Positions 47,307 to 58,727 of a DNA stretch of 64,000 nucleotides are shown here, one piece after another; position 1 is the first letter of the stretch, and each line of letters opens with the position of its first letter. A program made the position numbers and the translations under genes. The DNA lies in contig OZ287081.1 of NCBI GenBank assembly GCA_965645245.1, forward strand, positions 372,001 to 436,000, in the 5' to 3' direction. The notes beneath the pieces are model-generated. The model was given only the letters and a program-made list of their open reading frames with translations, was not told the origin of the DNA and did no database searches. Source of the stretch: Massalongia carnosa (taxonomy: Eukaryota).

Positions 47307-50300
47307 ATGATGATGATTGATTCTTGTACCGATCTGACACCGGCCGAAGGCCGGCCCATGCAGGCTATCTAGTTATTCTTACAGGGAAAACCTTTTAAAG
47401 GGATAAAAACCATGCAGACTGCGCCATTATCCCAAACGTGTTCCGTTTCTGGACTGCATTCTTCGCTCGATGTTCTGTGAAATCCTTGACAAAATGAGAG
47501 TTATCACTCGTATAACAGTTGCGATGCTAGTGAAAATTGGGTCAGCAAATTTGCTTTTATTATCCATGTGGTTAGTTTTTTCAACATTTTCGACGAGCTC
47601 ATGATCGTTCGATAGTCGTTGGTGCCTATTTGTTTTAGCACTTCGTATCTGCCGTCGATTAGCCTGCAATGTAGAATAATGTGTTTGGCTGTCTGCTTCT
47701 GCCATCCGCACGAGCAGGCCGGGTTCATAACGCCCGGTACCCGACGATTGAACAGGAAGTTTGCCAAGCCTATTTTTTCGGTGCGGATTTGTGTAGTTAG
47801 CGCGCTTTCCGCTTTCATCAGGTTGTTGTGAATCTTCAGTCTCGTCTTACTGAGAGATCCCAACTGTGCCTCTGTCGGGCGGGGAATGCGGTTCTGGTAC
47901 GTCTTCCATTTGGAGTCCCAGAGTTCCTTGATGCGTTCTGTGGTGGCCTTTGTGTGTTTCTCTATGGTATGGCGTGTCGTGGTGCATTTTTCGAGGTGCG
48001 CCGGGTCGGGTGTGGACCAGGGCGGGGACGATGGGGGCATTGTGACTGGTGCCTCGTTATTCAACATTTTGCTGGCCCATTCGTATTTCAACTCTCCTGG
48101 GGTGAGGTGTTGCGTTCTTTTGCGTCCTGCCTTACCCCGTAGCTTGTTCGCTATTGTGTTGCAGGCTTTGGAAATCAGTTTCGCCTGCCCTGCGGCCCGT
48201 AGACGATACCTTGATTTTATCTGTAGATTGTCCAGATGCAACTCCATGGGGGCGATGAACGTTTCCGCTTCGAGAACTTCGACGGGTGTTGCCTTGAACG
48301 CCCCTGTCACGGTGCGTAAGCATTTGTTCTGCATGACGCTGAGTTTGGACGTCGTGGCCTTGTTTTTCTTGATTTCCCTGGGTGTGTGCCACACGGTGCT
48401 TCCATAAGTCATTGCCGGGCGAACGACGACGGTGTAAACCTGCCGGGCCTTCGCGAAAGAAGCTCCCCAGGTGGATGTCGATATTTTTGTGAGCGCCAGC
48501 GACTGCGACGTCATCTTTCCCTGTGTTTTCCGTATGTGGGCTCCCATTTCAATTTGGTGTCGATTTGGAGGCCCAGAACTCGTGTGTCCGTTTTCGGTTC
48601 TATTAGGTTGTTTTCTATTTGAATAGTAGCCGACATGTCGAATTTCTTTGGATTTCTGGACAAATGAATGAGCTCATACTTATCCGGTGCAAATACGGAC
48701 CCGTGGCGTGCCGCCCATAGTTCGCATTTTCTGTGAACTCTTTCGAGGGTTCTGCAGTTTTCTTCCGTGCTTTTGCCGTATGCCAACACATTTACGTCGT
48801 CTACAAATCCTAGCGCGCTCGTGTTTGTGCCGGGTCTCTCGCATATCTCTAAAAGGTCCGCATTGTAGAACAGGTAGAGAATAGGGGAAATGGGTGAGCC
48901 TTGAGGAATGCCCGTGCGCACCGCGAACTCCTCGGTTACTCGCCGGTTTATCGTTAGCGTGCTTCTTCTTTCCTTCAGAAAGCTCGCCGTCCAGTCTGTG
49001 ATCCATTTCGGGATTTTCCTTTTTCGCAGATTGTGTATCAGCCTGCGATGAGACACTGTGTCGAATGCGCCTGCTACATCCATGCTGAGGAGAGTTGCCA
49101 CCTTGTTGTTGCCTTGTCCCCATACAGTGTGTACCTGTTCGGTGAGGAGTTCGAGCGCAGACTCGGTAGATCGGCCACGCCGAGCACCCATTTGTGTGTC
49201 CGGCAGGAGCCGGTGCTGTTCCGCTATATGAGTGATCTTCCTTGCGATGACTGCTTCTAATACCTTACCCATTGTGTTCAGTAAAGCTATGGGTCTGTAT
49301 GCCTTTGTACTGGTATTGTCTTTCTTTCCCGGTTTTCTGAGCGCGATCGTGTTTGCTCTTTTGAACTCGCGGGGATGATACGCATGCGTGACGCAAGCCT
49401 GAAATAAAGGGGTTAGCAGCTCTGCTAGCTTTGTGGAGCATGCCTTGAGAATTCTGTTGGTGATCCCGTCAGGGCCCGGAGCCTTGTCGGACTTAAGACG
49501 TTGTATGTTTGCGATCACTTCGTCATTTGTGATTGTCATGGGGCAAACCGCGGCGGCGGGGTAGAACGACCCAGGTATGTCGCTCAAGTCGGCCGGCGGG
49601 GGGGGGAGAAAGAATTTGGCTTTCAGCATTTCCGCTTTTTCTTCGAACGTCTCCGCTGTTTGCCCTTCGTGCCTCAATGGCGGCATTTTCGGTATCTCGC
49701 GGGGCTTCTGACTCTTGTCTTTTGCCCATCTTGCTAGCTTCCATATGCCCAACGGCGACTCGGTGGCTTTGCTTATCTCTTTGCGAAATGAGAGCGTTTT
49801 TGCTTTTTGGATTATCTTTTGCTTCTTGTCGTTGGACTTCATATATGCCTTCCAGTCGTCTAAGTGGCGCGATGACGACCAGAAGCGGCGCAATTTGCGA
49901 GTCTCGCGGATGGCGCGGTTGCATTCTTCGTTCCAAAAGGGTTTCGTATATTCGCTGGGTCTGGCCCAGGGGACGGAGGCGGTTATGATTTTCTGCAGGA
50001 ATTCTTGAATTGTCTGAGCGTACTGATCTATTTATCCGGTTGAGCGGGGGTGGGTTACGGGCGGGGCGTTGCTTTCAGCCTCCCTCAATTTCTCCATGTT
50101 CAGCAGCTTCCATGCTCTGCGCTTTACATTCGTTAGCTGTTCACTCCCGAGAAGAATGCGAGTGGATATCGGAATGTGATCAGAGGATTGATTCATTTCC
50201 GGTCTTGACATGCAGTGTTCCAGTCTTTCCGCCAGAAATTCCGACATGAATACTAGATCTATAGTGCTAAAAGAGTTCCGGGCCTCCCACGTGACGGTTC

Positions 50301-50401
50301 CTTTGGGCAGCGTCAGTGAGAGGTCAAATTCTTCTACTATATTCAATAACTGATCTGCGGCTGCGTGTTGTGTTGGCCTTGTGATTCCATTCCAAAAGGT
50401 A
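47307..50401 (-). mobile_element. 5'-truncated non-LTR retrotransposon (LINE, Tad1-like), 3095 bp
   Basis: Partial APE domain (STIDLVF, SDHIPI), RT (KAPGPDG, YRPIALL, GIPQGSPISP, FVDD) and C-terminal CSC...H...C. (ATC)n 3' tail. 14-bp TSD TGATATT(A/G)CACATG at 47293-47306 and 50402-50415. In-frame stop at 50034-50032 and a frameshift near 48545. Confidence 0.93.
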
Positions 50402-52720
50402 TGATATTGCACATGCTGTCCTCATTTAAAATCAAAGGAATTTTAAAACGGGAATGTGAAGTCTGTCCGCCAGGAAGAAGTAAAGCCGCAATGCCGGAAG
50501 ACGCAACGCAAAGAACGATTTTATTCTCCGCCCGAAAATGATTGCAAAGAGTCTTATATAAAAAAGTCTTACCTGTTCCTGCAGGTCCGTGAACAAAAAA
50601 ATGCGCCGTTCTAGGATGATCTCTAACTCCCGCAACAATGATATCAAAACAGTATTTCTGATCCGCATTCAATTGAGTAAATCGTTCATTTCGTAACGTC
50701 GTTTCTTCGTTGAAATCGTAAGTCATTTCATTTGCGATCAACGGATTTCCAGTACTCCGACCCCAATCGTATTTAAACAGCGGCATATTATAATCCTCTA
50801 ATCGTTTTCCTAAATCCGAAAGAACTCCGTTTAACAAATAAAGGCCGTAATCTAAATGCGGACTCATTAAATCGTCAGGAACATCAGTCATTGATCGTAA
50901 TCGATGCGGTAAATCTTCACATATATCATTTGCGTATCGATTCCATGAGGCCGTGGGATCCGTAACACGACCGTGAACCAAAGCCGTTCCAAATAACGCC
51001 CGCAATGCGTGTCCAGAAGAAAATCGCACCACTTCCGCAAAGCAACTAAACCATTCCTGATCATCTTCCAACAGTCCTCGAGCACTGCAAGCGGCCTGAA
51101 ATGTTGAATACATCACTCCGTCAACAGTGCGCAGATCCTCAAAGGACTGCGGTCCCGGAACAACCGTTAAAAGCATCCGCAAATAATATTTCTTACCCGC
51201 CATGGGACTGCAGGCATAAATACGACCAACCGCAAATCCGCGTTGACGGGGTTGCCAGCATTTTTTCTTGGCTTCCCAAACATAACTGTTCGGGAAATCT
51301 TGATATATAAACTCGCGGTCGTCCGCGTGGATTCTGTTATAATTGAAAAATGCTATCAACTTTGTAACGGATCGATTTGAGGTGTTATGCAAATCTATAA
51401 TATCTGCATCCGCGCTGAGATATACGTACTGTTGATCCGGCAAATGAATCGGAAGATGATAAACCGCAGGAAACTCCTCGTGCAAAGGATACTCCCATAA
51501 CTGCCATGCGGCTTGAGTGGGACCGATATAACGACCGTTTAAATGTCTCGCGATTTCGTCGTCAAATCCGTCAATCTGCACAGTAGCTCGATCTGCGCCT
51601 TTGTAAATATATTTATGAATATATTTGACCGCTTTAACGGTCGCGCAGAGCTCGACATTAATATGAGCTTCATATTTGCGAGAAAGATACGGATTATACG
51701 GAACCACCCAGCGATTGTCGCAACGAAAAACCCGACCACCACTCATCGGAACCTCCCAGGTGCGACCATCATTGCGGCGACGATATATCGGATAACCGCC
51801 CTCTTCAACAACAGTTGTTCCCTGAAACGGGCAAGGATAACGCTTGGAACAGGTGGGAGATCCGGATTCGGTTTGCATACAGGACGCGGTAGGCATTGCA
51901 GCTCCGCAAGGACCGTGAACCATTTGTTTAATGATGGTCTGTCTTAAATTTCCATCCGTATCAGGAGCAGGATCCGGCAGTTCGGCGGAAATTATTTGAT
52001 CAATACGATCCGCATCCATAAAACGATCATGCGGATGTAGAAATAACAGCAAATGCATATGCGGTAATCCTCGTTTTTGATATTCGATGGTCCATACACA
52101 TCCGCGAAATCGACCGAAAATGTTGTCCTTTTTCAATTCCTTCAATAAACTGCTCTGTCGCAGTCGAAAAGCGCGCGCCACAATGTCCGGTCGATCCGTT
52201 GCGGTTTGTCCAGGAAAGTCCTTTAATGCTTCCTTGATTTCCGGCCAGTTAGGATTTGCGGTAAACGTAATAAACAAATCCGGCCGCCCAAAATGACGAA
52301 CCAAGGCCATACTATCCTGAAACAATTGCTGCATGAACCGATCTCCACCCGTAGTTATATGTGGAAGGAAGAATAAATCGCTTTCCTAACATTCGCTGCA
52401 GAATCGACTTCATCCCGCCGCAAACTGTCCGCGAGTCCGTTATACAGCTCCGCTCTGATCGTTTTTTGATTTTCACGTAACCATTGCAGTTTGTTAAGAT
52501 CGCAACTGGCCCACGCATCAACTAAATATTGCTGAAACAATCGCTGACAATGATGCATGATAGAGAATTCATTTCGACGGGTGTGCAAACGATATCTGTA
52601 AAACGCCCGTTGACATAAACGATCTCGTTCTCTTTCTCTAGCATTGGACCGAAGCCGCATACTCCAATCCCAGCCATGTTCGCCATGCGGAAATAAAAGA
52701 ACGTAATGTAAAGGCATATA

Positions 52721-54620
52721 TCCGTGCCACCCACATCGCTCGGGTCGCCTCGCTTAGTGCTAGCCAGCCATACAACCCAACTCAGCCATACAACCCAAAA
52801 TGCTACTCCTCTACATACATCGGGGTTTTTTTCAACAATTCCTTCAGTACTTCCTCCTATCTTTTATGCTATTCATACTTTTGGTCATCTTCAACTTTCG
52901 ATGAGCTTTGGTTTGTTTAGCAACCTTGCCCAGTGCCAAAGAATATCGCTTTTCCCATGCGATCATTCGATCCTTCTCCCTCTGAGCCTCCTGATTCTGT
53001 CTATCACGAATCATTGATCGAGCCTTTCGTGCAGTAAGTATGCCCCCAATCTGAAGTACCTTATTGCTCTCTCGTTTGCGTGCTTTTCGAACTTTTTTGG
53101 CCTTTGTTTGTTGATCCCATCGTTGTTCGAGAAGTTCTCCTTTTCGGACTTCCGAAACAGCCCTCTTTACAAATTTTGCTATCATTTGTGTAAGTTCATC
53201 CGAACAACGGGAATGCATCATAATGTCTGCGGCTACTGTACTCAATTGTCTGACAGTCCTAGGGGTCTCTTGTATTGATTGAATCGACGAGGGTAGGGTA
53301 ATCTCGCGGGGGGGTGGTAAACTCTCTCTGACCTTTTGAAGAACCACCTCAGGATTATATGGAATTAGGCCGGTTTTTCTCCATGCAGACGTAATCATTG
53401 TTGATTTGAAGGCCTTTGCCCGAAAGGTGTTGAATGCAGCTAGAAATTCCACTTTCGAGAACGTTTCATCACCGTTCTGAATGGCCTCATTGACAGCCTC
53501 GGAATGCCAATGCTTTAAAGGCTGAAACACACATACATCAAGCGGTTGCAATAAGTGAGTGGTATGTGATGGTAATCCAAATGGAATGATGTTATAAGCG
53601 TCACAATACTCTAAAAACTAACGAGTATGATGAGATCCATGTCCATCCATAATCAACAGTCTCCATGCCCCCTTTCGAATGTTTCGAGAGTGTTTATCGA
53701 AGTGTTTAATCCATTGCAAGGCCAGCCAGTCATTTGAAGAACCTGATTCAGCAGTAGTAATAAGAACATCATTGCTAAGATCGTTGAGGAAAAAGGGAGC
53801 GAGAATGCTGATTCCAGTCAAAATCAGCATAGGGGGAATATCTCGTCCAGTCCCATTGATACATTCCACTCCGGTCAGTGATTCTCTGTTTGATGGATCT
53901 TTATTATACATCCTTCGGTCTTTTGATGCACTGACTATCCAATCAGTACGTGCCATGCCAATGCGATACCCGGTTTCATCAAAATTCCACTGATCTTGAG
54001 GATCTATGCCATACTCATCAATTACCTCTTTGTATTTTGTAAAGTGAGCCATTAGCAACTCTAAATCATGCGCATTTTTTCGCTCAACAGCTAGAGGTTT
54101 TCGTCGAACTTTGAATAAATCGGGCTGACGATTTAACCATATCTTGGTCCAATGCGACCCGATCAAAGGAGGCGGTTCCGAAACAGGAGCTGTTTGACGA
54201 AGAATAGAATTTGCTGCGATTTCCACCATGTGCAATCGGGCAGGTATGTTCAAAGAGTCCAGTTTCTTGATATACATATATAGGGCCGACTCTTGATCCG
54301 GTTTCAGACGTCTAGTATGCAGTCCTCGTATCTCTGATTTAGATGGGGCCCCATGATATCGAGAACGAAGTCTTTCTCTAGGCACTTCAAATTCTCGTGC
54401 AATTGCACGAAGTTTCGCGTTTTTCCGCGTGTTTAAGGTGTCAATAGCCTTCGTAATGCGACTTTCGATTTCGGTATATGATTCAGGCATGGTGGTGATG
54501 GATGATAAACTGTTGAAAGGTAAATGCTTGAAATTTGACGAATTGGGTTGTATGGCTGAGTTGGGTTGTATGGCTGGCTAGCACTAAGCGAGGCGACCCG
54601 AGCGATGTGGGTGGCACGGA
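52721..54620 (-). mobile_element. pogo/Fot1-like DNA transposon, 1900 bp
   Basis: Identical 78-bp TIRs at 52721-52798 and 54543-54620, each with two copies of CAGCCATACAACCCAA. TA TSD at 52719-20 and 54621-22. Confidence 0.96.
52844..54490 (-). pseudogene. pogo-type transposase (HTH, CENP-B HTH, DDE_1) with one nonsense codon
   Basis: WNFDETG, LIMDGHGSH and LQPLDV. An in-frame TAG at 53620-53618 (HHTR*FLEYC) separates two ORFs in the same frame. Confidence 0.9.
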
Positions 54621-55748
54621 TAAGCCGCATGATTTTGATCAATCCGCTTCAAAGAAGTTCCCGTAACTCCTGCAACACGTTCCGTCAAAATTATATCGCG
54701 TTTGCAAGGTTCTCCATAATACCGGCAATCTTGTCGCTGATGGGAAGATTACTGCGTCGTCGCTTCCATCATCAATCGCATTTGCGAAAGGTTCCGGCCA
54801 ACCAGATATCTTGTTGCTCTACTTTACATAATCAATTACGTCAATCCTATATATATCTCAAAATTTCTGAAAAGCTTTCCTTTAGAATTAAAAAAAGCAT
54901 GAGAAACTGAGTACTTCAACCCTTTCTTTAGTAACATTGATGTTCCCACAACACTTCCCCACTTCCCATTCGTGCAGACGAACAGTCCGTTTTCCACAAT
55001 TATGCACTTTTAATCTGGCCATTCCTATGATCGTGAAAGAGAGGGGAGAGAATCGTTGGAGGACCTCGATGATCGATCCAGGTCCTTGCATTGGTTCCTT
55101 CGAATAGTATCGTCGACGGGCTCTCTTCCCGCCCAAACAGTGATTATGCAGGACATGACTGAGGCGCGTAGAGGGATGGAGCTGGTGAAGCCCTGGAAGG
55201 AGATAGGCTGATTGCCTACCCATCAAAAGCACCAGCGATACACGGTTGACTTGGCTATCTGCCGCATCAAAAGTGGATCAGACTATGCGAAGGCTATGTA
55301 CGAAATCGAACTCGTCCAGTATGGTTGAGTGCCGCTCCTAACGCGATGGTTTTCATTCCCGCCCCAAAATCGAGACTACACCCATCAGCATCCCTATATG
55401 GTCTACCTCTATAGCTAGGGCAAGAACTTACCCCGGAGCTGTCATTCATTAGAGCTCTCGACACGTCAGAACAACATGAACAACTATCATCTGGCCACTC
55501 CTCGGATCGAGAGTGGAAGACATGACATAATGTGGCAATCACCGACTTCGCTCCCTGTATGCCAAACGAATAGACCCCTACAGGAGTAGGTCTCAATGGA
55601 AAAATTATAAAAGGCACGTACTTCGCCAACCCGACCCAATTACAACTTACATCGGCATTGAACAAGGCTCTGCTTCTTCCATATAATCGCAACACCACCA
55701 CACCTCCCCTACGTCTCACTACCTGTGCGCAACTTCTTTCTCGTTGAC

Positions 55749-58277
55749 ATGAACCCGACCGATGTAGCTTTACCTGCCTCTCATTCGCCTCGCCCTCCAT
55801 CTTGCACACCGCTGAATAGCCCAAGCCAACACCCGACCTCATCAGTTGGCGCCATCGACCGAATTAGTCAAGTTCTGGAACTCTTTGTTCGTGCACTAGA
55901 GAAGCTCGATCCTGCAACAGAGGCTGAGGTAGCTCATCCGAAAGGAACCGAGGATGTCAAAGCCGTTGAGCCGAGAGTTCGAGCCTCAAAGTTGGAATAC
56001 AAATTATTGAAGAAGTGTAGGTCTTTGTTCTGTGCTCTTAATATCATTAAATCTTGCTGTACAGCTGGGAGAGTGCTGCATCCAATTATAAAGTTGTGGA
56101 GTCAACGGTATTAGAGGGCGTGACAGAGCTAGACGAATATGTGTTTTTAGATCGTGCTCGAGTTGGTAAGTTCCTAGAAATCTAAGACTTCGACGCACTA
56201 ATCAAATCCCTAGAGAAGGACACGTTCGAAGAAATCCACTATCTTGATATCAACTCAGATGGACTGAGAGACGTTCTAAGAATGGTGCTACGAGACGCAC
56301 ATGGGTTCTCTATCTTAGAGGATAAGATCACTGTATGGGCCATTCTTGGCTTTCCGGGCATCTTCTAACAGCGGTACAGGTTGAGCGAAACCTTCTATTT
56401 CACTATGTTGCCGAGCTCGAAGCGTGTCGAACAGAGCTCAAAAGCGATGGCGACAATGACGCAAAAGTCCAGCAGCTAAGCTTACTAGTCGACTATATCA
56501 AAACCACCTATACACCGACCAAGACCCGTATCGCAATCTATCTCAAAAATCGCGAGATCACGTACGACTTGCTCTGGGCTCTGTTCAAGCCACACTCCGC
56601 AGTATACACCACTATCCTTGATTCAGCAAAGCCAGCTTGTTTTAGATACGGCTCCGGCAAGGAAAAGACAGGTTCTAATGGAGTAACATATTTTCATGTG
56701 GAGTCCCGCTACATGGACTACAACGGGAACGCATTTCGTGAAGTATTCACAGCGCTCGGAATCCGGAAATTCCCAGGGAAAAGGTGCATCGACAGCCTTG
56801 AAGCATTTTTTCTTGTGTTTCATTGCCGTCATCAAGAGATGAAGAAGCATCTTCTCAGATGTGGTCAAAAATTCCTTTTCCTCATGGGCATACATCACGC
56901 TCAGTATACTGGGAATGCCTTCTTTTTGAGATAGGAGATTATACCCAAGTTCCTGTGGAGAGTCGCATCATGGTCGATGTCGCTTACTTCCGCAAAGTCA
57001 TTCCGAACTACGTCAGGCCGCGCATCAACGAGTTGGCCCAGTCAACGAGTTCTTACTTTTTCAACGTGGCACCCGACGCGGTCAAGAGCAAGGGCCTTGA
57101 GCCGAAAGCATTGAGCGACGGTGACTTGATGATTTGCAGCCAGACCGTATACGGTTGGAGTTTTGGTAACAAACAATGGCGTAGGTTCTCATCTCCTTGT
57201 GCTCTGTCGAAGGTTCGTGCTAATGTTTCGCAAAGTGGAATTTGTGGTGGATGATATCAAACCCATCGTATGGAACCCATCTTCGTTTGACAGCCTGAGA
57301 TTCCTCGGGCCAAGAAAAGTGTCATCACTGCCCTGGCAAAGGCCTATATGGCCCGAGGATCGGACTATACGTTCGAGGATTTTGTGGAGGGAAAAGGTCA
57401 AGGCCTCATTGCGCTTTTGCAGTATGCAGCCCAACGTCTGGGTTCTCGGGCTTCAACTGATATGTACTTTCAGTGGTTCTTTCGGTGTTGGCAAGACTCT
57501 TACTGCGGAAGCGCTGTCCGAGTACCTCGAGAGGCCACTATACGTCGTAAGTCGCGCTTTTCCTTTGGTTACGCTGGCCTCTCTGACTTTTCAGGTATCG
57601 GCTGGAGAGCTGGGCCAAGAAGCAACGAAGCTCGAAGATCAATTAAGCCGTGTCTCCCAAGTCGCTCATCATTGGAAAGCATTTGTCCTTCTTGACGAAG
57701 CCGACGTATTTGTGCAAGCGCGCTCTTTCAACAATCAGCACAACACTCTCGTCTCGGTCTCCTTGCGAAAACTTGAGTACTTCCGAGGAATCTTATTCCT
57801 GACCTCAAATCGTGTCCAGCATATCGACGATGCAATCCAGAGTAGGCTCTTAGTGGCGTTGCATTACGGACCGCTAGGGCTTGATACAAGAAAGACCATA
57901 TGGGCAAGCTTTTTGAAGAAAGGCGCCGCAAAATACACTCCTCAAGACCTCGATTGGTTAGCTCAGAGGGAAGTCAGTGGTCGGCAGGTTTGTCTTCGAT
58001 CAATGCATGTATGTGGATGGGTTTGCTGACCATTGCGTCCATCCAGATCAAGAATATGGTGTTTACAGCTCATGCTCTCGCTGCTAACGACAAGAGTCCA
58101 TTGTCACGTTCACACTTACCAGTTGTCATCGCCTTTGATGAGGAGTTTCAGAAGGATTACAGCGGTGCCGGTCAAATAGAACGTGAGGTACGATGCGAAT
58201 ATGAATGGCGTGGTTATCGTCTGCACAATATAAGTAAAGTCGCACGAATTGGAGGGAGGATCAAACAGTTCAGCTGA
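55749..58277 (+). pseudogene. Fungal AAA+ ATPase family gene with apparent frameshifts
   Basis: ITYDLLWALFKP, SRIMVD, Walker A GVGKTLTAE, Walker B LLDEADVF and GILFLTSNRV..IDDAIQSR. Frame switches near 56930 and 57310 are not explained by obvious introns. Confidence 0.78.
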
Positions 58278-58727
58278 TTCTCACCTTTGTCGGTGAGGTA
58301 TTTAAGTTGCGTCGATGAAAAATCGTAAAGTGGGGTCGGGTTCTTTCAACGTAGGCGGCAATCTGCGCATTTAAGAGGCTGTTCAGAGAACAAGTCGGAG
58401 CATAGTAAAAGCGCACAGCGCAAGATGAGGTAAAAGTGAACGTTGATGCTCAACGGAAGGTGGGTTCCTTAGGAATTCACCACTGCACCCTGGCATTTCG
58501 TTGCCGAGGTTGCACTAGCACAGGGCGATCACTTTCACCCAGCCAGCTTTCTTCCCAAAACTGCATTGTTCTTTTCAAAGCTGTATAACGACCTGTCATA
58601 AAAGTATCTAGAAATTCATAAGAAGTTTTCTTCCAGTCCTGTTCCGATCCAGTCTCCAGCAGTACGACCCTCAATTCGCGACGAGACTTTGCCCGGCGTC
58701 TTCTGGCCCGGCGCCTTCTGTCTCGAG

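Larger units (their letters stand above)
46138..54790 (-). mobile_element. Decayed Helitron (RepHel), split into three pieces by nested insertions; termini not identified
   Basis: Pieces at about 54790-54621, 52720-50402 and 47306-46138. HUH Rep motifs DLFITFT, EYQKRGLPHMH and KYIHKYIYKG. Pif1 helicase motifs GPAGTGKT, GGDFAQILPV, QFPIRLCFAMTVNK and HGQFYVALSRV. Several frameshifts. Confidence 0.92.

Noticed and set aside
54890..55700. Possible decayed gene or Helitron 5' continuation
   Set aside because: Recognisable RepHel similarity stops near 54790 and no frame here gives an identifiable product.
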